Origin: Acutalibacteraceae bacterium
GTDB lineage: Bacteria; Bacillota; Clostridia; Oscillospirales; Acutalibacteraceae
Length of the DNA stretch: 64,000 nt
NCBI GenBank assembly: GCA_045578845.1
Contig: JAZNLA010000061.1
Coordinates: 12,581 to 76,580 of the forward strand
Reading direction: 5' to 3'
Shown one piece after another: positions 8,293 to 17,406 of the stretch; positions within the stretch are counted from its first letter, which is position 1, and the number at the start of each line of letters is the position of its first letter. A model generated the notes under the pieces. The model did no database searches. It worked only from the letters and a program-made list of their open reading frames with translations, and had not been told where the DNA came from. The position numbers were made by a program, and so were the translations under genes.

Positions 8293-9575
8293 TATTTTTT
8301 AACGATTTTTTCCATACCGCCCATATAAGGACGGAGTGCTTCGGGGATTTTAATACTGCCGTCTTCTTGTAAATTGTTTTCGAGGAAAGCAATCAACATT
8401 CTGGGCGGTGCAACGACGGTGTTATTAAGTGTGTGTGCAAAATAGTTGCCGTTTTTGGACTTGACGCGGATTTTAAGACGGCGGGCTTGGGCGTCGGTTA
8501 GGTTAGAACAGGAGCCGACCTCGAAATATTTTTTCTGCCTCGGTGACCAAGCCTCAACGTCAATCGATTTTACCTTGAGGTCGGCGAGGTCGCCCGAACA
8601 ACACTCTAATGTTCTTACTGGGATATCGAGTGTGCGGAATAAATCAACTGTGTTTTGCCACAGTTTATGGAACCACATAGCCGAGTCTTCCGGCTTGCAG
8701 ACTACTATCATTTCTTGTTTTTCAAACTGGTGAATTCTGTAGACACCTCGTTCTTCGATGCCGTGGGCACCCTTTTCTTTGCGGAAGCAGGGCGAATAAC
8801 TGGTTAAGGTGTAGGGCAGTTTTTCTTCAGGTGTTATTGTGTCGATAAATTTACCTATCATACTGTGTTCAGATGTGCCGATAAGGTAGAGGTCCTCGCC
8901 TTCGATTTTATACATCATGGCGTCCATTTCGGCAAAACTCATAACGCCGGTTACAACATCGGAACGAATCATAAACGGCGGTACGCAGTAGGTAAAACCG
9001 CGGTCTATCATAAAGTCGCGGGCATAGGAAATAACGGCAGAGTGAAGCCTTGCGATGTCACCCATTAAATAGTAAAAACCGTTACCTGCAACCTTTCTTG
9101 CACCGTCAAGGTCAATACCGTCGAATTTTTCCATAATTTCGGTGTGGTAAGGAATGGGAAATTCGGGAACAACCGGCTCGCCGTAACGTTTGACTTCAAC
9201 ATTTTCGCTGTCGTCTTTGCCTATAGGCACCGACGGGTCTATGATATTGGGAATGGTCATCATGACCTTTAAAAGTTTTTCTTCAAGTTCGTTTTCTAAA
9301 ACTTCAAGTTCTGCAAGCCTTGAAGCAAACTCGGTCACTTTTTTCTTAGCCTCTTCGGCTTCCGCTTTTTGACCTTTAGCCATAAAACCGCCGATTTGCT
9401 TGGAAATGGCATTTCGCTCGGCACGAAGAGCGTCGGCCTCACGTTGAGCCTCGCGTTTTTTTACATCTAATTCGATAGCCTCGTCAACAAGAGGAAGTTT
9501 GCTGTCTTGGAACTTGTTTTTGATATTTTGTTTTACAATTTCGGGATTTTCTCTTACGAATTTAATGTCTAACAT
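8292..9575 (-). CDS. serS: Serine--tRNA ligase
   Basis: 427 aa. N-terminal MLDIKFVRENPE and coiled-coil arm, then a class II core (YRIHQFEKQE, GSCSN). Confidence 0.96.
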   Translation of the reverse strand: MLDIKFVRENPEIVKQNIKNKFQDSKLPLVDEAIELDVKKREAQREADALRAERNAISKQIGGFMAKGQKAEAEEAKKKVTEFASRLAELEVLENELEEKLLKVMMTIPNIIDPSVPIGKDDSENVEVKRYGEPVVPEFPIPYHTEIMEKFDGIDLDGARKVAGNGFYYLMGDIARLHSAVISYARDFMIDRGFTYCVPPFMIRSDVVTGVMSFAEMDAMMYKIEGEDLYLIGTSEHSMIGKFIDTITPEEKLPYTLTSYSPCFRKEKGAHGIEERGVYRIHQFEKQEMIVVCKPEDSAMWFHKLWQNTVDLFRTLDIPVRTLECCSGDLADLKVKSIDVEAWSPRQKKYFEVGSCSNLTDAQARRLKIRVKSKNGNYFAHTLNNTVVAPPRMLIAFLENNLQEDGSIKIPEALRPYMGGMEKIVKK

Positions 9576-9620
9576 TTTATAAACTCCTTATCAAAAAACA
9601 CAATATATAGTGTTTAATAA

Positions 9621-9836
9621 TTACTTTTGTACAAAATATGCCAAAATTATGCCGATAGCAACGGCTATGCCGAGCCAAAGGATTAAGTTTTCAAAAATTA
9701 TGCCTGCTACTACACCTATAACCGTAAAAAGCGGAATTACGGCAGTGGGTTTTGCTTTTTTTAAAACGCCTACCGTTCTTTTGATTTTGGTCATACTGCG
9801 TTTTATTGTCTTTTTGGCTTTTGTATTTTTACTCAT
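9621..9836 (-). CDS. Small membrane protein (basic N-terminus, two hydrophobic segments)
   Basis: Internal ATG of track ORF 9621-9947: MSKNTKAKKTIKRSMTKIKRTVGVLKKAKPTAVIPLFTVIGVVAGIIFENLILWLGIAVAIGIILAYFVQK. The ATG lies within ATGAGTAA, overlapping the parB stop by 8 nt (translational coupling). No family recognised. Confidence 0.5.
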   Translation of the reverse strand: MSKNTKAKKTIKRSMTKIKRTVGVLKKAKPTAVIPLFTVIGVVAGIIFENLILWLGIAVAIGIILAYFVQK

Positions 9837-10680
9837 CGCGGTTGCCTGCGAGCAGTGATGCCAAATGGAACAGGTCGTCGTCACTGAAAAATTCAATCTG
9901 CAGCGTGCCCGATTTTCCGTTGCCGGAAATCTTGACTTTTCTGCCAATCTGCGACGCTAAAGCCGCCTCAGTTTCGACGTACAGTTTGTTTTTAAGTTTC
10001 GGCCGTTTCATTTGTATGCCGACCTTTTGCTGTTTTGAGATGTTTTCAATATCCCTCACCGATGCACCGCTTTTAGCCAGCATAAACGCTTCGGCACGGA
10101 TGTTTCCTTCAGGTATACCGAGTAGTGCTCTTGCGTGGCCTGAGGTTATTTCACCGTTTTTCAGTGCTTCGGTTTCAGCGTCGGTCAACGATAAAAGTCT
10201 TAGTGCGTTTGCCACCGCCGGGCGGGATTTACCAACCCTTTGTGACACCTGTTCTTGGGTGAGCCCAAAATTATCCATGAGTGTTTTGTAGCCTGCCGCC
10301 TCTTCAACGGGGTTTAAATCTTCGCGTTGCAGGTTTTCTATAAGGGCGATTTCCATGGTTTCCTTTTCATCTATTTCGCGGATTACTACGGGTACCTTGT
10401 CAAGACCTGCAAGTCGGCTTGCACGCCAACGGCGTTCGCCTGCTACTATTTGGTATGTACCGCCGTTTAAAGGACGGACAAGTAACGGCTGAATTAGTCC
10501 GTGTTCTTTGATACTGTCGGACAGTTCTTTCAAAGCGGCATCGTCAAACGCTTTTCGCGGCTGGTCGCGATTTGGGACTATTTGTGATAGCCTCAGTTCC
10601 GAAACCTGTCGGGTTTCAATATCGTTTTCTGTGAAGAGTGAATCAAAACCTCTGCCCAGCCCACCTTTTTTTGCAGCCAT
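9829..10680 (-). CDS. parB: Chromosome partitioning protein ParB/Spo0J
   Basis: 283 aa. GLGRGFDSLF N-terminus, ParB box IVAGERRWRA, HTH region. Confidence 0.95.
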   Translation of the reverse strand: MAAKKGGLGRGFDSLFTENDIETRQVSELRLSQIVPNRDQPRKAFDDAALKELSDSIKEHGLIQPLLVRPLNGGTYQIVAGERRWRASRLAGLDKVPVVIREIDEKETMEIALIENLQREDLNPVEEAAGYKTLMDNFGLTQEQVSQRVGKSRPAVANALRLLSLTDAETEALKNGEITSGHARALLGIPEGNIRAEAFMLAKSGASVRDIENISKQQKVGIQMKRPKLKNKLYVETEAALASQIGRKVKISGNGKSGTLQIEFFSDDDLFHLASLLAGNRDE

Positions 10681-10683
10681 ATT

Positions 10684-11463
10684 CTATTCTCCTTTATTCT
10701 TGCGGTTTCGCTTTATAAACTCTTTTGCCAAATCGTTGTAACCGTCGGCACCTTTGCTGCGGCGGTCATAATACTGTATCGGCATGCCGTAACTCGGTGC
10801 CTCGGAAAGCCTTACTCCGCGTGGAATGGTGGTTTTATAGAGTTCCTTTGAAAAATACTTTTTAAGTTCATTTACCACTTGTGCGGTGAGGTTTAGCCTG
10901 CCGTCATACATGGTCAGCACAACGCCTTCCAAATAAATGTCAGGGTTGTAACTCACTTTAACCTGTTTTACGGTGGCGATAAGTTGCGAAAGGCCTTCGA
11001 GTGCGTAGTATTCGCATTGTACGGGCACTAAAAACGCGTCGGCGGCGGTCAGTGCGTTGACCGTTATGAGTCCTAAGGACGGCGGACAATCTATAAATAT
11101 GTAGTCAAATTCGTCTTTTATAAGAGCCAAAGCCGTTTTTAACTGATTTTCTCGCGATTTTATGTCGATTAGTTCGATTTCGGCACCCGCAAGGCCGATG
11201 TTTGCGGGTATTACCGAAACGTTTTTAAACTCGGTTTTTATTACGGCATCTTTGGCGTGGGCACCTGTGGTAAAAAGGTCGTAACTCGAAACGGTTACAT
11301 CACGCTTGTTTATACCGTATCCGCTGGTTGAGTTGCCCTGCGGGTCGGCATCAATAAGCAGTACCTTTTTACCTAAAATTCCTACACCTGCCGCAAGGTT
11401 GACGGCGGTTGTGGTTTTACCGACACCGCCCTTTTGATTTATAATGGCAATGATTTTACCCAT
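10684..11463 (-). CDS. parA: Chromosome partitioning ATPase ParA/Soj
   Basis: 259 aa. Deviant Walker A NQKGGVGKTTT. 3-nt gap to parB. Confidence 0.95.
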   Translation of the reverse strand: MGKIIAIINQKGGVGKTTTAVNLAAGVGILGKKVLLIDADPQGNSTSGYGINKRDVTVSSYDLFTTGAHAKDAVIKTEFKNVSVIPANIGLAGAEIELIDIKSRENQLKTALALIKDEFDYIFIDCPPSLGLITVNALTAADAFLVPVQCEYYALEGLSQLIATVKQVKVSYNPDIYLEGVVLTMYDGRLNLTAQVVNELKKYFSKELYKTTIPRGVRLSEAPSYGMPIQYYDRRSKGADGYNDLAKEFIKRNRKNKGE

Positions 11464-11507
11464 TTTTGCCTCCGTTTAAGGGTTGTGGTTAAATATTATC
11501 TCAAACC

Positions 11508-11535
11508 ATTATACCCAACCTTGCGGCTTTTGTAA
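11508..11535 (-). promoter_or_regulatory. Sigma-A-type promoter for parA
   Basis: Minus strand reads TTACAA, 16 nt, TATAAT, about 45 nt upstream of the parA ATG. Confidence 0.5.
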
Positions 11536-11557
11536 AGAGGAAACGGTCAAATTTTAA

Positions 11558-11573
11558 TATTTCACGTGAAACA
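11558..11573. promoter_or_regulatory. parS: parS site (ParB/Spo0J binding)
   Basis: TATTTCACGTGAAACA has one mismatch to the Firmicutes parS consensus TGTTNCACGTGAAACA. It lies between the spoVAE stop and the parA promoter. Confidence 0.8.
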
Positions 11574-11575
11574 TT

Positions 11576-11941
11576 TTACTTAATTCGGGGTTTTGAAAAA
11601 AGTGATACAAGCAGACCGAAAACTATGGCGGCGGTTATTCCTGCGGCTGTGGCGGTGATTCCGCCAAGCAATGCACCGATAAGCCCGTTTTCGGCAACCG
11701 CCTTTTCGACGCCCTTGGCAAGCGAATAACCGAAACCTGTCAGCGGAACTGTGGCACCTGCACCGGCAAACCTGACAATCGGCTCGTAAATGCCGATAGC
11801 GGTCAACAAAACGCCCGAAACAACATAGGCAACAAGTATTCTTGCGGGTGTTAGTTTGGTTTTATCAATTAAAATTTGGCCGATAACACACAGTATCCCG
11901 CCAACCCAAAAGGCATTCAGACAGTCAATAAATATTTCCAT
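11576..11941 (-). CDS. spoVAE: Stage V sporulation protein AE (SpoVAEb-type)
   Basis: 121 aa. Collinear with B. subtilis SpoVAEb as I recall it (GGxxCVIGQxLxD...LTPA...YEPxVxFAGAGATVPxTGFG...AAIVFG). Confidence 0.88.
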   Translation of the reverse strand: MEIFIDCLNAFWVGGILCVIGQILIDKTKLTPARILVAYVVSGVLLTAIGIYEPIVRFAGAGATVPLTGFGYSLAKGVEKAVAENGLIGALLGGITATAAGITAAIVFGLLVSLFSKPRIK

Positions 11942-11955
11942 AAAATCTATCCTTT

Positions 11956-11971
11956 CGTTTCACGTGAAACA
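11956..11971. promoter_or_regulatory. parS: parS site (ParB/Spo0J binding)
   Basis: CGTTTCACGTGAAACA has one mismatch to the consensus and a 14-bp perfect palindrome core. It lies in the 32-nt gap between spoVAF and spoVAE. Confidence 0.8.
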
Positions 11972-11973
11972 AT

Positions 11974-13395
11974 TTAGTGTCCCGAACCGTTTTTTATGCC
12001 GGTGCGAATAAAAATCTTGCGGAAACCGTCGGGGGAAAACGGGATTATAGGATAAAGGTAACATCTTCCGCTTAATGTTTTGGTAAAGCCTGCGAGCAAT
12101 AATATAAGCACTGTTCCTGCGAGCAATCCCCAGAAATTAAAGAATTGGCTCAAAACAAGCAGAAATATGCGGCAAAACTTCATGGCGTAACCCATTTCAA
12201 AACTTGGCTGTGCGAATGAGGCTATGGTTACGAATGCCATATAAATAATGGTTTCTGACACAAACCACTGTGCGTTGACGGCAAATTCACTCAAAACCAA
12301 ACCGCCGATTATACCAAGCGAACTCGACAAAGCATTGGGAGTGTTGAGTGACGCCATTCTCAGTCCGTCGATTACAAGTTCCAAAAGTAAATATTGAAAG
12401 AAAATCGGTATAAGGTATTCTTCTTTTGTGTTTATAAATGAAAGCCAGTTCGGGATATATTGAGGATTGTTAAGCAGTATTAAGGTCAGTGGGGTTAAGA
12501 ATATGGTCAGCAAGGAAACAAACAGCCGTATTATACGAACATATGTTCCTGTGAATGGGGGAAAGTAGTAGTCATCGGTTTCTTTGCCGAAATCGGCAAA
12601 CGAGGTGGGAAAAATCATTACCGACGGTGAATTGTCCATTATAAGCAGCACCTTGCCTTCAAGCAGGCAGGCGGCGGCAAAGTCGGGGCGTTCGGTGTAC
12701 CGCACTTTCGGGAAAGGATTAAAAAATGCCGACGGCAGTATCGCTTCGCTTAAAGCCTGAGAGGTCATGGAAATGCCAGAAATATCAATGTTTTTGAGTT
12801 TCTTTCGCAAGTTTTTAAGTGCGTTTTTATCCGCCATGCCCTCAATATAGGAAATAGCAACATCGACCTTAGACGATTTACCGACTTGATAGTATTCCAT
12901 TCTGAGTCTTGTGTCGCGGATACGTCGGCGGATAAGTGCGGTGTTAAATATAAATGTTTCGACAAAGCCGTCACGTGAGCCCCTTAGCGATTTGTCCTTT
13001 TCCGGCTCATCGATTGAGCGGGAAGGGTAGGTTCTTGTATCGACAAGCAATGCACCTACCACGCCGTCGATTATTATAGCCGCTTGGCCTGACAGCACTG
13101 CTGTGGCTACTTTGTCGTTGTCATTTTCGGCGGCGACCTCGACATATGGCATTTTTACAAGCGAAAATTCTTGCATATTGGGGATTTTCTTGAGTTCGTC
13201 GGGGGTTATTTTATATAAAAATTCAAGGATTTTCTCGAAAACTTCATCTTTGATAAATCCGTCAACAAAGTAAAGCGAGGCAGGCCGTTTGGCTATTATG
13301 ATGTCACGCCTAACAAGGTCAAAACTTTTGTCAACCGCCAAAAGGCTCGACAGTGCCAGTTCGTCAGCAGTATATTTTCCGGTCATAAATAACAT
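11974..13395 (-). CDS. spoVAF: Spore germination protein, GerA family (SpoVAF-like)
   Basis: 473 aa. Soluble N-terminal domain plus C-terminal multi-TM region typical of the GerAA/SpoVAF family. Adjacent to spoVAE. Confidence 0.8.
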   Translation of the reverse strand: MLFMTGKYTADELALSSLLAVDKSFDLVRRDIIIAKRPASLYFVDGFIKDEVFEKILEFLYKITPDELKKIPNMQEFSLVKMPYVEVAAENDNDKVATAVLSGQAAIIIDGVVGALLVDTRTYPSRSIDEPEKDKSLRGSRDGFVETFIFNTALIRRRIRDTRLRMEYYQVGKSSKVDVAISYIEGMADKNALKNLRKKLKNIDISGISMTSQALSEAILPSAFFNPFPKVRYTERPDFAAACLLEGKVLLIMDNSPSVMIFPTSFADFGKETDDYYFPPFTGTYVRIIRLFVSLLTIFLTPLTLILLNNPQYIPNWLSFINTKEEYLIPIFFQYLLLELVIDGLRMASLNTPNALSSSLGIIGGLVLSEFAVNAQWFVSETIIYMAFVTIASFAQPSFEMGYAMKFCRIFLLVLSQFFNFWGLLAGTVLILLLAGFTKTLSGRCYLYPIIPFSPDGFRKIFIRTGIKNGSGH

Positions 13396-13511
13396 CCTTT
13401 CATGTTTTCAAAACCTATTTTTACCGTAAACGGACCGTTTATTCTGAAATTGGGTTAAAGACGGCAGGATTTTACATATATATAATGTATATTTTATTTG
13501 TGGGGGATAAA

Positions 13512-15020
13512 ATGAAGGTTAAAATTTTTATAAAAAACACACTTGTGCTTGTGGCAACCTCGCTGATACTTCGCAGTGTGGGTATAGTTTTTCGCACATA
13601 TCTTGCTGACAAAATAGGCTCGGAAGGAATGGGCGTTTATCAACTGATATTTTCTGTCTATATGTTGGCTGCAACCTTTGCGACGTCTGGTGTAAGCACT
13701 GCGGTAACAAGACTTGTTTCGGAAAATATAGATAAAGGCAAAAAAGCGGTTGCGAAGATAATGCGAAAAGCGGCGTATGTTACACTTTTTGCGGCGGTGA
13801 TTTCGGCGGCGGTAGTGTTTTTCGGGGCAAAACCGATTGCGGTTTTCCTTCTGAATGAGCCGAGGGCAACCGCTTCTCTTAAAATTTTAAGTTTTTCACT
13901 GCCGTTTATGGGCTTTTCGTCGCTTATAAGGGGATATTTTTTAGCACGAAGGAAAACCTTGTCACCTTCTTTAGTGCAAATGCTCGAACAGTGTGTTCGA
14001 ATAGCAACGGTGCTTTTTTGCTTAAATCTTACAAAAGGAAAAGGCATTACATATATGTCGGCGTCGGTGCTTATGGGTGATACGGTTGCCGAAACGGTGT
14101 CGTGTATTGTAGGATACATAATTTATAAAGTTGACCTTAGCAAGCAAAAAGGCGAGGGAACAGTAAACAAAATTTTTGCTAAAATCATGCATATAGCATT
14201 GCCTATAACGGGCAGCGGATATTTGAGCACGGCACTGCATACGGCAGAAAATCTGCTTGTGCCGTCAGGTTTACATAAATTCTACGGCGTAAGAGAAAGA
14301 GGACTCGAACTATTTGGAGCGGTAAGAGGAATGGCAATGCCGATTTTATTTTTCCCCGCCTCTTTTTTAACCTCGCTTTCAACCCTTTTAATTCCCGAAG
14401 TGTCCGAGGCAAAAGCCTGCGGCCGAGAGGGCGAGGTCAAACGAACTACCGAAAGGGCAGTTGAAATCACACTCACTTTGTCGATACTTGCGGGTGCGAT
14501 TTTCCTGTTTTCGGGACAGGATTTGGCATTGCTTTTATACGGTGACCGTGATGTCGGGTTTGTACTGAGAGTGCTTTCGCCCATAGTGCCGTTTATGTAC
14601 ATGGAAAGCGTTTCGGCGGGTATTTTAAAGGGACTCGACCGTCAAGCCGATATGTTCCGTTACAATCTTTTTGACTCATGCGTCAGGATAGTTGCGGTCT
14701 TTGTGCTGTTGCCGTTTTTAGGCATAAAAGGATATTTGGGCATAATGATTGTCAGCAATTCGCTAACATCTTCGCTTTGTTTTTTTAAACTGAAAAAATC
14801 AACCGAAATCGAGGTGCCGATAGGAAAAGTAATAGTAAAACCCGTTGCTTTAGCGGTTTTGGGCGGTTTTTTAGGTGTTGCCGCCGCAAAATATATAGAA
14901 ATGTTGCTTTTAAAAATTGTAATTTCGGTAGGCGTTCAGGTTGCAGTTTTTACGGTTTCGGTGTTTCTGCTTGGCAAAGGAAAATTTAGATTTAAAATGT
15001 TGAATATCGGCAAAGTTTAG
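13512..15020 (+). CDS. spoVB: Stage V sporulation protein B / MOP-superfamily (MurJ-like) flippase
   Basis: Multi-TM protein of about 500 aa. I prefer the ATG at 13512 (MKVKIFIKN, GGGGG RBS) over the track start at 13485. Confidence 0.75.
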   Translation: MKVKIFIKNTLVLVATSLILRSVGIVFRTYLADKIGSEGMGVYQLIFSVYMLAATFATSGVSTAVTRLVSENIDKGKKAVAKIMRKAAYVTLFAAVISAAVVFFGAKPIAVFLLNEPRATASLKILSFSLPFMGFSSLIRGYFLARRKTLSPSLVQMLEQCVRIATVLFCLNLTKGKGITYMSASVLMGDTVAETVSCIVGYIIYKVDLSKQKGEGTVNKIFAKIMHIALPITGSGYLSTALHTAENLLVPSGLHKFYGVRERGLELFGAVRGMAMPILFFPASFLTSLSTLLIPEVSEAKACGREGEVKRTTERAVEITLTLSILAGAIFLFSGQDLALLLYGDRDVGFVLRVLSPIVPFMYMESVSAGILKGLDRQADMFRYNLFDSCVRIVAVFVLLPFLGIKGYLGIMIVSNSLTSSLCFFKLKKSTEIEVPIGKVIVKPVALAVLGGFLGVAAAKYIEMLLLKIVISVGVQVAVFTVSVFLLGKGKFRFKMLNIGKV

Positions 15021-15026
15021 TGTATA

Positions 15027-15989
15027 ATGTATAAAAAAGGGGGAAGTTTTGTGTTTCGTGAATTTATAGGTAACACTGAAATTAAAGAAACGGTAAAAAG
15101 TGCCGTCAAAAGCGGCAGATTTCCCCATGCGATAATTATTGAGGGTGAAAAGGGAAGCGGCAGGCATACGCTGGCTAAAATTATAGCGGCGGCGGCGGTG
15201 TGCGAAAGTGAAAATGCACCTTGCGGTGAGTGTCGAGTTTGCAGGTTAGTGTCGTCAGACGGGCACAGTGATGTTTTAACCTATGCACCAGACGGTGCAT
15301 CGTTTAAGGTTGATACCGTCAGAAAAATCCGCGATAATGCGTATATTATGCCGATAGAAGCAAAACGCAAGGTTAACATAATGCTTGATTGTGACAAGAT
15401 GAACGAGTCGGCACAAAACGCATTTTTAAAGGTGTTGGAAGAGCCGCCGTCATTTATGGTTTTCATACTCGTTTGCCGAAGTGCATCGGCGTTACTTCCG
15501 ACCGTGCGGTCAAGATGTGTAACCTTGACGGTGCAAAACCCCGAAATAGAGATTGCAGCCGACTATTTGGAAACAAAACTCAACAAACCACGCAATGATA
15601 TTTTGGAAGCGTTGGAAAATTCAAGGGGAAATATAGGCTATGCATTGTCTTTGCTTTCGGGCGAAGAGGGTAAAACAGAGCAGGCGGCAAAGGAATATTG
15701 GCAGGCGGTGTTAAAAAATGACCGACTGCAGGCGGTCAAGGTTATATTTAGGTTTGAAAAAGACCGCATAGGGTATTTAAATTTCATGGAAGAACTTGAA
15801 AGAATTGTGGCTTATGATATAAAACGGTCGGCATTGGGCGAAAACGTCGGTTTAAAATCGACCTCGCTCGGCAAAGTTTATAAACTTGTGTGCCATTATG
15901 GCGACCGACACCGTCACCACATAGGTCAGCCTTTATCACTCGGCATTTCGCAGACTAGTATGACGGCAGAAATATTTACCGTCATTTAA
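15027..15989 (+). CDS. holB: DNA polymerase III delta-prime subunit
   Basis: 320 aa. AAA+ P-loop GEKGSGRHTLA and Zn module CGECRVCRLV. holB-ricT synteny. The true start may be slightly downstream. Confidence 0.85.
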   Translation: MYKKGGSFVFREFIGNTEIKETVKSAVKSGRFPHAIIIEGEKGSGRHTLAKIIAAAAVCESENAPCGECRVCRLVSSDGHSDVLTYAPDGASFKVDTVRKIRDNAYIMPIEAKRKVNIMLDCDKMNESAQNAFLKVLEEPPSFMVFILVCRSASALLPTVRSRCVTLTVQNPEIEIAADYLETKLNKPRNDILEALENSRGNIGYALSLLSGEEGKTEQAAKEYWQAVLKNDRLQAVKVIFRFEKDRIGYLNFMEELERIVAYDIKRSALGENVGLKSTSLGKVYKLVCHYGDRHRHHIGQPLSLGISQTSMTAEIFTVI

Positions 15990-15992
15990 AGG

Positions 15993-16021
15993 TTGTAAAT
16001 AAAAAAATTCTATGGTATAAT
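15993..16021 (+). promoter_or_regulatory. Sigma-A-type promoter for ricT
   Basis: TTGTAA, 17 nt, TATAAT, with TGg extended -10. Confidence 0.5.
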
Positions 16022-16054
16022 CAGTTGTTAAGTAAATTATAAACGGAGATAAAA

Positions 16055-16903
16055 ATGGTAGAAGTTATTGGAGTAAAATTTCGCTCTGACGGGCGTATAT
16101 ATTCGTTTGACCCTAAAGGCGAAAAGTATGAGCAGGGTAAATATGTAATAGTTACCACTTCAAGGGGTACCGAAATCGGTGAGGTTGCAAGCGAAAACCA
16201 CAATGTGCCTGACAGTCAAATTGTCGGCGAACTCAAACCGGTTGTAAGACTTGCCGATAGTAATGATTTGGCAAAAATGAACGAAAACCGCAAAAAAGAA
16301 CGTGAAGCCTTCCGGTTTTGCGAAAATAAAATAATCGAACGCGGTCTTGAAATGAAGTTGGTCGATGTTGAGTATGCTTTTGACGGCTCAAAACTGCTGT
16401 TTTTCTTTACGGCCGACGGCAGAGTTGACTTCCGAGAACTTGTTAAAGACCTTGCGGGTAACTTCCATACAAGAATTGAACTTCGCCAAATCGGTGTCCG
16501 CGATGAGGCAAAAATGATGGGCGGACTTGGTATTTGCGGACAGCCGTTTTGCTGTTCGAGATTTTTGTCCGACTTTCAGCCTGTGTCTATTAAAATGGCT
16601 AAAGAACAGGGTTTATCACTTAATCCTGCTAAAATTTCGGGCACCTGCGGAAGACTTATGTGTTGTTTGAAATATGAGCAAGACGCATACGAGTATCTTG
16701 ATAAATTAACCCCGAAAGTAGGCTCTTATGTCGAAACACCCGATGGTAAAGGCATTGTTGCCGAAGTAAGTATTTTGACCGGCAGAGTAAAGGTTGCACT
16801 TGACGGGTCAGACGGACTGCCTATAGCCTTCCACCGTGACGATATTACGGTTATTACACGCGGTAACGGTAAACGCCCTAAACCCCAACCGAAAGAGGAA
16901 TGA
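16055..16903 (+). CDS. ricT: PSP1-domain protein RicT (YaaT)
   Basis: 282 aa. PSP1 C-terminal domain with Cys cluster GICGQPFCCSRF...CGRLMCCLKYE. Confidence 0.9.
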   Translation: MVEVIGVKFRSDGRIYSFDPKGEKYEQGKYVIVTTSRGTEIGEVASENHNVPDSQIVGELKPVVRLADSNDLAKMNENRKKEREAFRFCENKIIERGLEMKLVDVEYAFDGSKLLFFFTADGRVDFRELVKDLAGNFHTRIELRQIGVRDEAKMMGGLGICGQPFCCSRFLSDFQPVSIKMAKEQGLSLNPAKISGTCGRLMCCLKYEQDAYEYLDKLTPKVGSYVETPDGKGIVAEVSILTGRVKVALDGSDGLPIAFHRDDITVITRGNGKRPKPQPKEE

Positions 16904-16915
16904 CAATGTTAAAAC

Positions 16916-16947
16916 AAAAAGCCGAACACATACGTGTTCGGCTTTTT
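16916..16947. terminator. Bidirectional intrinsic terminator (copy X)
   Basis: AAAAA, gccgaacac, atac, gtgttcggc, TTTTT. Serves ricT (+) and the convergent XRE gene (-). Part of the 55-nt direct repeat 16897-16951. Confidence 0.85.
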
Positions 16948-16960
16948 GTGTTTCTTATAT

Positions 16961-17266
16961 TTATTTTATACTCTTAATTATTGTAATAAGTGACTCTAAC
17001 TGTTCGTTGTTAAGTGACCTTGCAGTCGAAATCAACTCATTTAACCTTGTGGGATTGGTGTTTTCGGTTTCAAAAAACTCGTAAGGCTCAATTCCAAAAT
17101 ATTCACATATATAAAAGAATACCGTCATAGAAGGAAGATTGACACCGTTTTCGATATTATTGATATAGCCTTCGCTTTGTCCAAGAGATAAACTCATATC
17201 TCTTGCCGAAACGCCTTTATTAAGTCTTAATTCTGTCAATCTCTTGGAAAAATCACGCTTATCCAT
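16961..17266 (-). CDS. XRE-family helix-turn-helix transcriptional regulator
   Basis: 101 aa. HTH_3-type LRLNKGVSARDMSLSLGQSEGYINNIENG plus a C-terminal helical extension. Confidence 0.85.
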   Translation of the reverse strand: MDKRDFSKRLTELRLNKGVSARDMSLSLGQSEGYINNIENGVNLPSMTVFFYICEYFGIEPYEFFETENTNPTRLNELISTARSLNNEQLESLITIIKSIK

Positions 17267-17336
17267 ATCATCACCTCTATATATAATTGTACTATATAGA
17301 CACGGTTATTTTATTCAGTTAAAACATTGATTATTA

Positions 17337-17365
17337 TTGACATATCTATTTTAATTATATATAAT
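17337..17365 (+). promoter_or_regulatory. Sigma-A-type promoter in front of the truncated SLOG copy
   Basis: TTGACA, 17 nt, TATAAT. Confidence 0.5.
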
Positions 17366-17406
17366 TTTAAATATATATAATTTAAACACTATTTAGAGGC
17401 TATAAT

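Noticed and set aside
9576-9620. T-box riboswitch leader for serS
   Set aside because: Only 45 nt separate serS from the upstream ORF. This is far too short for a T-box, and no specifier or terminator structure is visible.
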